Part shown: one piece after another, positions 40,266-51,489 of the stretch | How positions within the stretch are numbered: the first letter of the stretch is position 1 | Layout of the letters: each line of letters opens with the position of its first letter | From: Chloroflexota bacterium | Lineage (GTDB): Bacteria; Chloroflexota; Dehalococcoidia; Lucifugimonadales; UBA3495 | Direction: 5' to 3' | DNA length: 64,000 nt | NCBI GenBank assembly: GCA_009837355.1 | Contig: VXTR01000035.1 | Coordinates: forward strand, 49,531-113,530 | The notes under the pieces: model-generated | Told to the model about the DNA's origin: nothing | Database searches by the model: none | Seen by the model: only the letters and a program-made list of their open reading frames with translations | Made by a program: the position numbers and the translations under genes

Positions 40266-40300
40266 TCATCCGGCCGGCCGATTCCACAACGAGGTCGCGT

Positions 40301-41713
40301 ATGCCTGATACGGAACTGCACTATATGTCGGCCTGGGAACTGTCCGGCCTGATTAGGGACGGCCAGGTGTCGCCGGTGGACGTGGTTGAGGCCTGCCTCG
40401 CCCGCATAGAGGAAACCGAGCCGACGCTCAACTCCTTTATCACCTTGCTGCCGGAGCAGGCTCGCGCCGCCGCCCTCCGCGCCGAGCAGGAAATCGGCCG
40501 GGGCAACTATCGCGGCCCGCTGCACGGCATACCGGTGGGCTTGAAAGACCTGTTTTATACCGCCGGCGTCCGCACCACGTCGGGAACCCGCATCTACGAC
40601 ACGTACACCCCTGCTGAGGACTGCACCGTAGCCGCCCGTTTCAGCCAGGCTGGCGCCATCCTGCTGGGCAAACTGAATATGCACCCGCTGGCGTTCGGCC
40701 CGACCGGTGAGAACGGCGATTACGGGCATATGCACAACCCCTGGAACCCGGAACGCATCACCGGCGGTTCCAGCGGCGGCAGCGGTTCGGCGGCGTCCGC
40801 CGGCCAGTGCCACATCACCATGGGCAGCGACACCGGGGGCAGCGTGCGGATTCCGGCGGCCCTCTGCGGCATCGTCGGCCTGAAACCAACCTACGGCCGG
40901 GTCAGCCGAGCCGGATTTACCCCGCTGTCCTGGTGCCTGGACCACCCAGGCCCGATGGTGCGCACCGTGGAAGACGCCGCCTTGACCATGAACGTCATCG
41001 CCGGACACGACCCTCGGGATACCGCCACTGCCGACGTGCCCGTTCCCGACTACACCGCCGCCCTCACCGGCGACGTGCGCGGACTCCGCATCGGCGTGGT
41101 GAAAGAGTACTTCGAGACCGAGCTGGACTCCGGCGTCGCGGATCTGGTGCAGCGGGCCATCGCCGAGCTGGGTGAACTGGGCGCGGAAATAGTGGACGTG
41201 TCCCTGCCGCTGTACGAGTACGCCCAACCCATCAGCAACGCCATCCTCAGCGCCGAAGCAACGGCGGCCCACCGCGACGCGCTGCTCAGCGACGGCGACA
41301 AGCTCTACCCCCAGGTGCGGGACCGATTGGAAGAGGGGCTGTTCATTTCCGCAGCCGAGTATTTGCGGGCGCAGCAGGCCCGGCAGATATTTTGCGCCCA
41401 GGTGGATGACCTGCTGCGGGAGGTTGACCTGCTGGCCGGGCCAGTGGAACCGGTCACCGCGCCGGTGATTCTGGAACGCAGGATTGATGTTGGCGGGGAA
41501 TCGTTGCCCGCGGTGCCGCTGCTCACCAAGTACACCCGGGTGTACAACATCACCGGTTCTCCGGCCATCTCGGTGCCTTGCGGTTTCGCCGCAGACGGCC
41601 TGCCCGTGGGGCTGCACCTGGCCGGCCGAAACTTTGACGAACTGTCCGTGCTGCGTGCCGCCTACGCTTACCAGCAGGCCAACGACTGGCACACCCGCCG
41701 GCCGCCCCTGTAA
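40301..41713 (+). CDS. Amidase signature family protein
   Basis: GPLHGIPVGLKD, GGSSGGS, GSDTGGSVRIPA. Confidence 0.95.
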   Translation: MPDTELHYMSAWELSGLIRDGQVSPVDVVEACLARIEETEPTLNSFITLLPEQARAAALRAEQEIGRGNYRGPLHGIPVGLKDLFYTAGVRTTSGTRIYDTYTPAEDCTVAARFSQAGAILLGKLNMHPLAFGPTGENGDYGHMHNPWNPERITGGSSGGSGSAASAGQCHITMGSDTGGSVRIPAALCGIVGLKPTYGRVSRAGFTPLSWCLDHPGPMVRTVEDAALTMNVIAGHDPRDTATADVPVPDYTAALTGDVRGLRIGVVKEYFETELDSGVADLVQRAIAELGELGAEIVDVSLPLYEYAQPISNAILSAEATAAHRDALLSDGDKLYPQVRDRLEEGLFISAAEYLRAQQARQIFCAQVDDLLREVDLLAGPVEPVTAPVILERRIDVGGESLPAVPLLTKYTRVYNITGSPAISVPCGFAADGLPVGLHLAGRNFDELSVLRAAYAYQQANDWHTRRPPL

Positions 41714-41742
41714 GCCTGACCAGTTCCCTCCGTTACCAACGC

Positions 41743-42522
41743 ATGCGGAAATCTACCGTGGCCACCATCACAGCCGTAACCTTTGACCTCTGGCAAACCC
41801 TTATCCTGGACAACCGGGAATTGGGCTTGCAACGGGCTCAAGCGCGGCTGGACGGGGCCCGGGATCTGCTGTCCCAGCACGGCATCGACAGCGACCCGGA
41901 CGGTGTCAGGGAAGCTTATCGGGGCTGTTATCGCGCTTGCCGTGCGGTGCGCACCGAGAACCGGGATGTCAGTTTCCGCCAGCAGGTGGAAATTTTCATT
42001 AACCTGATTGACCAGGGGTTGGTGGAGCGGTTGCCGGAAGCAACCGTAGCCGAGATTGAACGCATATATGCCGAGTCCTTTTTCGACTATCCGCCCCGCT
42101 TTCACGAGGCCACTCGATCCACGCTGGAATCCGTACGGGCGCTGAACTTGAGCATCGGCCTCATCTCCAACACTGGAATGACTCCCGGCTATACCTTCCG
42201 CGAGTTTCTGCGACGTCACGACTTGCTCCGCTATTTCGACGTGCTGACCTTTTCCGACGAAACGCTCCTGGCCAAGCCCTCCGATGAGATTTTCCTGATG
42301 ACGGTCAAATCCTTGAACAGCAATCCGCACGCGACCATCCACGTTGGCGACCACGTAACCAACGACGTGGTCGGCGCCAACCGGGTGGGCATGAAGTCAA
42401 TCTGGATTCGCGGGTTTTATGAGCCGGAAGATCCGGACGACCCGGATTCCCAGGCCGATATAGCCGTAGATGACCTTTCGGCAGTTTCGGACGCAGTGCG
42501 CCAGTTGGTTAGTAGCCCATAG
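41743..42522 (+). CDS. HAD family hydrolase
   Basis: FDLWQTL, LISNT, AKP, HVGD..NDV; start may be GTG 41758. Confidence 0.88.
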   Translation: MRKSTVATITAVTFDLWQTLILDNRELGLQRAQARLDGARDLLSQHGIDSDPDGVREAYRGCYRACRAVRTENRDVSFRQQVEIFINLIDQGLVERLPEATVAEIERIYAESFFDYPPRFHEATRSTLESVRALNLSIGLISNTGMTPGYTFREFLRRHDLLRYFDVLTFSDETLLAKPSDEIFLMTVKSLNSNPHATIHVGDHVTNDVVGANRVGMKSIWIRGFYEPEDPDDPDSQADIAVDDLSAVSDAVRQLVSSP

Positions 42523-42540
42523 CCGGCGAGGAGTACACCT

Positions 42541-43116
42541 TTGTTTGAGGAATTTGCCGGCGGCCCGCTGCCCAACGGGCGCTACCCCGACATCACGTTG
42601 GCCATCTTTCCCCATCTCCAGGAGTTCATCGTGGTTGACACCCGGACGGAGCAGGCCGAGGTTACTCTGATGTCCACCGACGCGGTGTTCAACGACGAGT
42701 ATTACCGCGCGGTGGAGAGCGAGTTCAACAGCCTGCTGCGCGAAGGGGGGAATCAGCCCTTTCTCCACCTGATACACCTGCCTGCGCAACTGGACGACAT
42801 CCTGCGAGGGATAGCGATGAACTTTATCCTTGACCGGTTGGGGGTGAACTTCCACGACGAGGAGAACCTGCCCGAGGTTGTGGTGCTGGTGATTTCCGGC
42901 CCTACGCTGGCCATACCGCAGGAACAGGTGGTATCCGGCTTTGCCGATATGCTCTACGGCCGGTTGGACGGGTCGGAGTTGGAGCATTGGAAGCGCACGC
43001 TGACCGAACTGGTGCGGCGGGAAGCCGATGCCTTCCCCGCCACCAACGAGGCGCTGGGCGAATCCATGACCGACGAATCCCTGGACCCCTATTACATCTG
43101 GCAGAACCGAAACTAG
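42541..43116 (+). CDS. Hypothetical protein
   Basis: GAGGAG RBS with TTG start, operonic position, protein-like composition. Confidence 0.75.
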   Translation: MFEEFAGGPLPNGRYPDITLAIFPHLQEFIVVDTRTEQAEVTLMSTDAVFNDEYYRAVESEFNSLLREGGNQPFLHLIHLPAQLDDILRGIAMNFILDRLGVNFHDEENLPEVVVLVISGPTLAIPQEQVVSGFADMLYGRLDGSELEHWKRTLTELVRREADAFPATNEALGESMTDESLDPYYIWQNRN

Positions 43117-43128
43117 GAAACATTCGCC

Positions 43129-44142
43129 ATGCAACGCATTGCCGTTACGTTCAGCAGCCGGGACAACAACGACGACAGCGATCTCATTGCCATAGCCCAG
43201 GCCGCCGACCGTCTGGGTTACGAATCCTTCTGGACGGGAGAGTCCTGGGGCCGGGACGCCTTCACGGTGCTGACCATGCTGGCGTGTCACACCGAACGCA
43301 TCGGGCTGGGCACGGGCATCGTAACCGTGTACAGCCGTACTCCCGGACTGATTGCCCAGAGCATAGCGTCGCTGGACTGCATCAGCGGCGGGCGCGCCAT
43401 CCTGGGCCTGGGCTCCAGCGGGCGCATCGTCATCGAGGATTGGCACGGCGTCCGGTTCGACCATCCGGTGGCGCGGACGCGCGAATACATCGAAATCGTT
43501 CGGATGGCGTTGTCCGGCGAACGGGTCAACTACGAGGGACGCTTCTACCAACTGCAGCGGTTTCGCATGGGCGTTTCTCCGGTGCAGGAGCGGATTCCCA
43601 TTTATGTTGCGTCGCTGGGGCAGCGCAATCTGGAACTGACCGGCGAGCTAGCCGACGGCTGGCTGCCCATCTGGACCCATTGCGAGAAACTGCCGGCCAT
43701 CAAGGAACCGCTGACGGCGGCGGCAACCGCTGCCGGCCGTCCCCCGTCCGACGTCACCACCGCGCCGCAAACCCTGTGCTGCGCCTCCGACGATGCCGCC
43801 GTCGTAACTGAGGCAATCCGGCAGGCGAGGGCGCACATGGCCTTTTATGTAGGCGGCATGGGACAGTACTACTACGACCTGTTCTGTCGCTATGGCTACC
43901 AGCCGGAGGGGGACGCAATACGACGGGCTTGGGGCGAAGGCGATCGGAGCGCCGCCGCCAACGCCGTCACGGAAGAAATGATTGACGCCATCACCGTCAT
44001 CGGCTCCCCTGAAGACTGCCGGCGCAAGATGGCCCGGTTCCGTGCCAACGGGGTCGATATGCCCGTAGTTGCCTTCCCCCACGGCACGAGCCGCCATACC
44101 ATGCTCGGAACTCTGGAAGCCTTGGCCCCGGACCAGGATTAG
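43129..44142 (+). CDS. LLM-class (probably F420-dependent) oxidoreductase
   Basis: WTGESWGRD, LGTGI, SGGRAILGLG, GELADGW. Confidence 0.9.
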   Translation: MQRIAVTFSSRDNNDDSDLIAIAQAADRLGYESFWTGESWGRDAFTVLTMLACHTERIGLGTGIVTVYSRTPGLIAQSIASLDCISGGRAILGLGSSGRIVIEDWHGVRFDHPVARTREYIEIVRMALSGERVNYEGRFYQLQRFRMGVSPVQERIPIYVASLGQRNLELTGELADGWLPIWTHCEKLPAIKEPLTAAATAAGRPPSDVTTAPQTLCCASDDAAVVTEAIRQARAHMAFYVGGMGQYYYDLFCRYGYQPEGDAIRRAWGEGDRSAAANAVTEEMIDAITVIGSPEDCRRKMARFRANGVDMPVVAFPHGTSRHTMLGTLEALAPDQD

Positions 44143-44151
44143 AATCTCGCC

Positions 44152-44712
44152 GTGAAAATCGGACTGATTTCCGACACGCACTCCGCCGGCAGCGGTTGGG
44201 ACTTGCCCCGGGAGACCCTGCGCGCGCTGGCCGGTTGCAAGCTGCTGCTCCACTGCGGCGATTTGGAATGCCTCGGCGTGCTGGATTGCCTGGAGCAGGT
44301 GGCGCCGGTGCTGGCGGTGCGCGGCTACGAAGATCCTCGGGAACCCGGCGAGCGGCTGGCCGACGTTACCCGCATCGTCGAGGTTGCCGGCGTCCGCATC
44401 GGGATGGTGCACGACATTCAATGGCCGCCGCCGTCCATTGCCACCACGCCCGATGGCGCCGGACTGGTGTATCCCATGGCAGGGTTGACGGAGCTGCTGA
44501 CCCGGAAGTTCGGCGGCGATGTTGACGTAGTGGCGTTTGGCGATACCCACGAAGAGCTGGTGGAATGGCGCGACGGCGTGCTGTTCGTCAACCCCGGCAG
44601 CCCAACCTACCCGGGCCGTCGCCACGCGCCGGGAACGTTGGGCACAGTGGCGTTGCTGGAACTGGACGATGGCATAAAGGACGCACGCATCGTGCAGCTG
44701 CCGGCGGGCTGA
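44152..44712 (+). CDS. YfcE-type metallophosphoesterase
   Basis: SDTH, HCGD, GDTH, NPGSPT. Confidence 0.85.
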   Translation: MKIGLISDTHSAGSGWDLPRETLRALAGCKLLLHCGDLECLGVLDCLEQVAPVLAVRGYEDPREPGERLADVTRIVEVAGVRIGMVHDIQWPPPSIATTPDGAGLVYPMAGLTELLTRKFGGDVDVVAFGDTHEELVEWRDGVLFVNPGSPTYPGRRHAPGTLGTVALLELDDGIKDARIVQLPAG

Positions 44713-44719
44713 AGGTTCA

Positions 44720-44748
44720 TTGACACCAAGTTGGCCTTGTGCTAGTTT
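44720..44748 (+). promoter_or_regulatory. sigma70 promoter of hppA
   Basis: TTGACA, 17 bp, TAGTTT with extended TG. Confidence 0.55.
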
Positions 44749-44793
44749 CGCAACGTTTGTCGGACTTTTTTGCCGAAAAACGGAGAGGAGAGT

Positions 44794-46863
<2,070 letters not shown>

Positions 46864-46886
46864 GCGGCCAATACGGCGACTTACGA

Positions 46887-46920
46887 GCGGGGCGGGTTAC
46901 CATCCGCCCCGCCTTTTCGT
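46887..46920 (+). terminator. Intrinsic terminator after hppA
   Basis: GCGGGGCGG...CCGCCCCGC followed by TTTT. Confidence 0.75.
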
Positions 46921-46953
46921 TGTGATACATTGTCCCGCAACCTGTTTTGAGAG

Positions 46954-47742
46954 ATGAACGCGATGACTACCAACAACGGCGGACTGTTTGACCTCACGGG
47001 GCTGGTGGCCCTGATCACCGGCGGCAACGGCGGCCTCGGCCTGGGGATGGCGCTGGGCTTGGCCAACGCCGGGGCCGACATTGCCATCGCCGCGCGCAAC
47101 GCGGAAAAGAACGCCGCCGCCGTCGCCGAGATAGAAGCCACTGGCCGGCGCGCGGTAGCCATCGCCACCGACGTTACCAGCGACTCAGACATTGACGATA
47201 TGGTGTCCCGCGCCGTTGCTCACTTCGGCCGGGTGGACATCCTCATCAACAACGCCGGCGCAACCGTGCGCAAACCGCCGGAGGACATCACCGCCGCCGA
47301 GTGGGACAACGTGCTGGACGTGAACCTGCGGGCCGCGTTCCTGTCGTGCAAGGCGGTCTATCCGCACTTCAAGGCCCAGGGCGGCGGCAAGATTATCAGC
47401 ATCGGCAGCATGTACAGCATCTTCGGCGGTGGGGGCAGCGGCGTGCCCTATTCATCCAGCAAGGGCGGCATAGTGCAGCTGTCCAAGAGCTTCGCCGTGG
47501 CGTGGGCCGGTGACAACATCCAGTCCAACGCCATCCTGCCCGGCTGGTTTATGACCGAGCTGACCCAGGCCATCCCCGAAACGCAGCCGGAACGCTACGA
47601 CCTCATCAACAAGCGCATCCCCGCCGGCCGTTGGGGCGATGCCAGCGAGCTGCAGGGAGCGGCAGTGTTCCTCGCCAGCCGCGCGTCGGACTACGTTACC
47701 GGAGCAGTGATAGCGGTGGACGGCGGCTTCTCGGTGGCCTAG
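46954..47742 (+). CDS. SDR oxidoreductase (KduD/gluconate 5-dehydrogenase-like)
   Basis: TGGNGGLG, NNAG, YSSSK, RIPAGRWG. Confidence 0.92.
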   Translation: MNAMTTNNGGLFDLTGLVALITGGNGGLGLGMALGLANAGADIAIAARNAEKNAAAVAEIEATGRRAVAIATDVTSDSDIDDMVSRAVAHFGRVDILINNAGATVRKPPEDITAAEWDNVLDVNLRAAFLSCKAVYPHFKAQGGGKIISIGSMYSIFGGGGSGVPYSSSKGGIVQLSKSFAVAWAGDNIQSNAILPGWFMTELTQAIPETQPERYDLINKRIPAGRWGDASELQGAAVFLASRASDYVTGAVIAVDGGFSVA

Positions 47743-47810
47743 CTCCCCGAATACGTCAATCCCGCGCTTGATAAAATGACCCTCTCACGTAAATCAGGAG
47801 CCAATTTCTC

Positions 47811-48575
47811 ATGGAATGCAAAGATTTACTGTTGTCAATTACGCGCTGCCACGAATTAGCCAGTGCCACGGGCGATTCGTCCCACCCTTGCGCCATAGTA
47901 GTAAGGAGTCAAACCGGGCAAATTTACCAAGTGCCGGAACCTTGGACAGGGCACATTGAAACTGCGCCAATATTGTTCATCGGATCCAATCCCGGCATTC
48001 ACGAAAGCGAGTACTTCCCCAGAAGTAACTGGAGCGATCCGGATACCATCGACTTCTTTACGCGGCGCTTTGACCGAGACGCTGGATATACATACCAGAA
48101 ACCCAACGGAGGAGCGCAATATGTCAAGGTTTACGAGGGCAATAATGGTCCTGTCGTATCCCGCCATTGGGTACGGTTCTGGTCAATGATCAAAAATCAC
48201 GCCAAGGCCATTGCACAAGACCAGCCGGAGGCGGGTAAGGACTACGCCATAACTGAGATGGTGCACTGCAAATCCAATAACGAGGCCGGAGTACGAAATG
48301 CGTTGAGCCACTGCTCGCGGAAATGGCTACCGGCCATCATGGAGCAATCCGGCGCGGCCATTATAGTGCTGCTCGGAGACCACCCGCGGGATGCGGCCGT
48401 TGGTCTTTGGGGACTGGATGCCTCCCAACGTGTCCAATTTGACGTCCCCATCGCGGGACGGAATCGAGCTGTGGTCATCTTGCCGCACCCCAACTTTCGC
48501 GGCAAGCGAAAGATTGAGGATTATGTGGGTCAGCAGGAATTAGAACAGTTGCGCAGTAAATTGCCACGCGCATAG
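47811..48575 (+). CDS. Uracil-DNA glycosylase superfamily protein (divergent)
   Basis: PEPWTG, ILFIGSNPG, TEMVHCKS, IIVLLG, LPHPN; AGGAG RBS; AT-richer than neighbours. Confidence 0.65.
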   Translation: MECKDLLLSITRCHELASATGDSSHPCAIVVRSQTGQIYQVPEPWTGHIETAPILFIGSNPGIHESEYFPRSNWSDPDTIDFFTRRFDRDAGYTYQKPNGGAQYVKVYEGNNGPVVSRHWVRFWSMIKNHAKAIAQDQPEAGKDYAITEMVHCKSNNEAGVRNALSHCSRKWLPAIMEQSGAAIIVLLGDHPRDAAVGLWGLDASQRVQFDVPIAGRNRAVVILPHPNFRGKRKIEDYVGQQELEQLRSKLPRA

Positions 48576-48606
48576 TATCTAGGAGCAAGGTATATTCCAA
48601 GGGCAT

Positions 48607-48634
48607 CTGGATTCCGGCTTTCGCCGGAATGACG
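48607..48634. repeat. REP-like palindrome
   Basis: CTGGATTCCGGCTTTCGCCGGAATGACG between convergent genes. Confidence 0.7.
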
Positions 48635-48645
48635 ATCCAGAAGAG

Positions 48646-49518
48646 CTATAGTTGCTCCAATGCCTGGCGTGAGAGCATCATCTTTACCGGGCTGATGGGG
48701 CGGAAGGTGCGGGAGACGCGCACGTCGCCGGCGAGGCTGCACAGGGTGTAGGCGTCGTAGGGTTCCATGCCCTTTTCGGTGATGAGGAAGTCCACCATGT
48801 CGCGGACGGCCTGTTTCATTGCCGGTCCCAGGTCTTCGCCGTGGGACAGCACCACGTAGTGCTCCGGAGTGATGGCGCGCGGGCCGGAAATGTTCATTCC
48901 CTTTTCCACCGTAACGCGGACGTGAGTATCGGCGGAGCACTCGGCGCCGGTGCCAGCCACCGCGCCATCGCCGACCACGGCGTGGCAATCGCCCATGGCC
49001 AGCAGGCCGCCGGGGACGAACACGGGCAGATAGAGGACGCTGCCCTCCACCAGCTCTTTCATATCGATGTCGCCGCCGTAGGGACCGCTGTCGCTGGCGG
49101 TTTCCTGCGGGTAGGTCGGAGTGGTGGCGACCAGGCCCATGGAGGGGTTCAGGGGCAGGCGGACGCCGCTGGGCAGCACCAGGTCGTCGCCGTCGATGCT
49201 CATCACGGTGGGATAGCCCTCGGTGAACTCGGCTTCCAGGAAGCCTCGGCCCGGCATCACCATGTGAGCTGGGTTCTCCTTGGGCTTGATGCTGACGAAC
49301 TCGATGCGCAGGGCGTCGCCCGGCTCGGCGCCGTTGACGTAGATGGGGCCGGTGGCCGGGCCTTTCAGCGACTTTTCCTGTAGGACCCCCGGCTCGCGGA
49401 TGCCTTCAAAGGCATCCCAGGTCTCTACCATCAGGTCGTCGCCGTCATCGATGACAACGGCCGGCTCGTTCTCAGGCTGCAGGACGTAGATGCGCTGTTC
49501 GCGAGAGATGGTTTTCAT
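48646..49518 (-). CDS. Acetamidase/formamidase family protein
   Basis: TGPIYVNGAEPGD, GGDID, GDCHAVVGDG. Confidence 0.88.
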   Translation of the reverse strand: MKTISREQRIYVLQPENEPAVVIDDGDDLMVETWDAFEGIREPGVLQEKSLKGPATGPIYVNGAEPGDALRIEFVSIKPKENPAHMVMPGRGFLEAEFTEGYPTVMSIDGDDLVLPSGVRLPLNPSMGLVATTPTYPQETASDSGPYGGDIDMKELVEGSVLYLPVFVPGGLLAMGDCHAVVGDGAVAGTGAECSADTHVRVTVEKGMNISGPRAITPEHYVVLSHGEDLGPAMKQAVRDMVDFLITEKGMEPYDAYTLCSLAGDVRVSRTFRPISPVKMMLSRQALEQL

Positions 49519-49533
49519 GGTGCAGGCTCCTCT

Positions 49534-50316
49534 TCAGTTGTCGGCAGCGATAGCCGGCGGCGCGGCGGATTCGGCGCTCATTGGCACTGAAATTTGATAA
49601 ACGTTGGGACGGTTGGCGAGGGCTGGGTCCAACTCCACGACGTTGACCGCAATTTTATCGCGCGCGCTGGACGCACCCATTGGCGAGCCGGAGTAGAACG
49701 CCGTCACTCCGCCCTGAGAAACGTCCTCGAACCTCTCCCAATGACCCAGGGCGATGTAGTCGCAATTGGCCTCGGCGACTTCGTGGGGATGGATCGGTGA
49801 GGAGCGTTCCTCGGTGTCGTCGGGGTAGTGGTAGTGGCCGTGGGCGATGGCCACCCGCCAGTGGTCCACCTCTGGTGGACGTTCCGGCGGGATGCCGGCC
49901 AGCGGGCGGAACTCCGGCGTGTGGCTGTTCATGGCGCGGCCCCAGACCTCCAGCGTCAGGTGCGGGAAGGTCAGCGTCTCGCCTCGCGTGCCGGCGATGA
50001 CGTGCAGGTTGTCCGGCCCGTCGCCGAAAGGACTGCGATGGTAAAGCGATTCGGCGTCGTAAAGGTCGTGGTTGCCGGGCAGGATGATGGCCGGCACGAC
50101 GGCACGGGCCATCTCAGACACGAAAAACTCCAGCACTGCGTCGGAGATGCGGGCGTTGTCGAACACGTCGCCGGCGATGAGCAGCGCGTCAGCGTGATAC
50201 AGGTGAACGCCGTCAACCACGGCGGACAGGGCGCGCTGCGCTGCCAGGGGATCCCAGTCGTCGCCCAGGTGGGTGTCGGAGGTATGAATCAGGCGGATAC
50301 TGCGGCGGGTTGCCAT
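49534..50316 (-). CDS. SbcD/Mre11-like metallophosphoesterase
   Basis: HTSDTHLG, AGDVFD, PGNHD, AHG, ALGHW, YSGSP. Confidence 0.85.
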   Translation of the reverse strand: MATRRSIRLIHTSDTHLGDDWDPLAAQRALSAVVDGVHLYHADALLIAGDVFDNARISDAVLEFFVSEMARAVVPAIILPGNHDLYDAESLYHRSPFGDGPDNLHVIAGTRGETLTFPHLTLEVWGRAMNSHTPEFRPLAGIPPERPPEVDHWRVAIAHGHYHYPDDTEERSSPIHPHEVAEANCDYIALGHWERFEDVSQGGVTAFYSGSPMGASSARDKIAVNVVELDPALANRPNVYQISVPMSAESAAPPAIAADN

Positions 50317-51482
50317 TGGGTTACGGTATCTCCAACTTGGGCGCGAACGGATTCCAACAGGGCCGGCAGGTTCCAGCCTTTCGCGGCGGACACGAACACC
50401 CGCCCGTTCACGGCCGGCGAGTCGGCAGCGGCGATGACGGACAGGTCGATTTGGTCAAAGGTCTCTACGTCTGCCGGGTTATCGGTGAGCAAGTCCATCT
50501 TGTTGATGACCAGCAGGCGGGGCTTGCCTCCCAGGTCAAGGTCGTTGAGGGTCTGTTCCACCACCTCGGCCTGCTCCGGCGCTTTGGGATGGGTTATGTC
50601 AATCACATGGAGCAGCAGGTCGGCCTCGTCCAATTCGGCCAGGGTGGCGCGGAAGGCGGCGACGACGGTAGGCGAAAGCTTCTGGATGAAACCCACTGTA
50701 TCGCTGAGCAGCAGCTCGCTGCCGTCGGTCAGGTGCAGGCGGCGGGTCACTGGGTCGAGGGTGTTGAACAACTGGTCTTCGGCCGGAACCCCAGCGTTGC
50801 TCAGGGCGTTGAACAGCGTGCTCTTGCCGGCGTTGGTGTAGCCGACCAGGGTGGCCATGGGCGTAGCCGAGCGGCGTCGGCGTTCCAGGTACTGGCTACG
50901 GCGTTTGCGGACGTTATCCAACTCCGCCTCGATTTTCTGGATGCGGCGTCGGATGAGTCGGCGGTCGGTTTCCAGCTGGGTTTCGCCGGGGCCGCGGGTG
51001 CCGATGCCGCCGCCGAGCCGCTCCAGGTGAGACCACTGGCCAATCAGGCGCGGCAGCAGGTACTGATGCTGGGCCAGTTCAACCTGCATCTGGCCCTCGC
51101 GGGTGCGGGCGTGGCGGCCGAAAACGTCCAGAATCAACGCGGTGCGGTCAAGGACTTTAATCTGGAGCGCGTTTTCCAGGTTACGCTGCTGGGTGGGCGT
51201 CAACTCGTCGTCACAGATTACTACGTCGGGGCGCTCTTCCTCCAGAACGTCCTGCAACTCCTGGAGCTTGCCTTTGCCGACGTAGGTCGGGGTCAGCCGG
51301 TCGGCGCGCTGAGATACGGTGGCGACGACCTCGGCTCCGGCGGAGCGGGTGAGGTAGTCCAGTTCGACCAGCGTATCGTCCAGCCCCCAAAGACTTTCGC
51401 CGCGCCGTTTCTCCTCAACGGCCACCAGGACGGCCCGCTCGGTCTGCGGGCCGGTGGGCTTGGGTTGGCGAGATTTGGGCAT
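50289..51482 (-). CDS. hflX: GTPase HflX
   Basis: RGPGETQLE, GYTNAGKST, DTVGFI, NKMD. Confidence 0.96.
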   Translation of the reverse strand: MPKSRQPKPTGPQTERAVLVAVEEKRRGESLWGLDDTLVELDYLTRSAGAEVVATVSQRADRLTPTYVGKGKLQELQDVLEEERPDVVICDDELTPTQQRNLENALQIKVLDRTALILDVFGRHARTREGQMQVELAQHQYLLPRLIGQWSHLERLGGGIGTRGPGETQLETDRRLIRRRIQKIEAELDNVRKRRSQYLERRRRSATPMATLVGYTNAGKSTLFNALSNAGVPAEDQLFNTLDPVTRRLHLTDGSELLLSDTVGFIQKLSPTVVAAFRATLAELDEADLLLHVIDITHPKAPEQAEVVEQTLNDLDLGGKPRLLVINKMDLLTDNPADVETFDQIDLSVIAAADSPAVNGRVFVSAAKGWNLPALLESVRAQVGDTVTQWQPAAVSA

Positions 51483-51489
51483 AAGCGAC

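Noticed and set aside
40062-41713. gatC-gatA of the tRNA amidotransferase
   Set aside because: No gatB nearby and GatA-specific motifs (such as SNLARYDG) are absent
49534-50316. SbcCD repair or defence system
   Set aside because: No SMC-like ATPase adjacent; only the phosphoesterase domain is present
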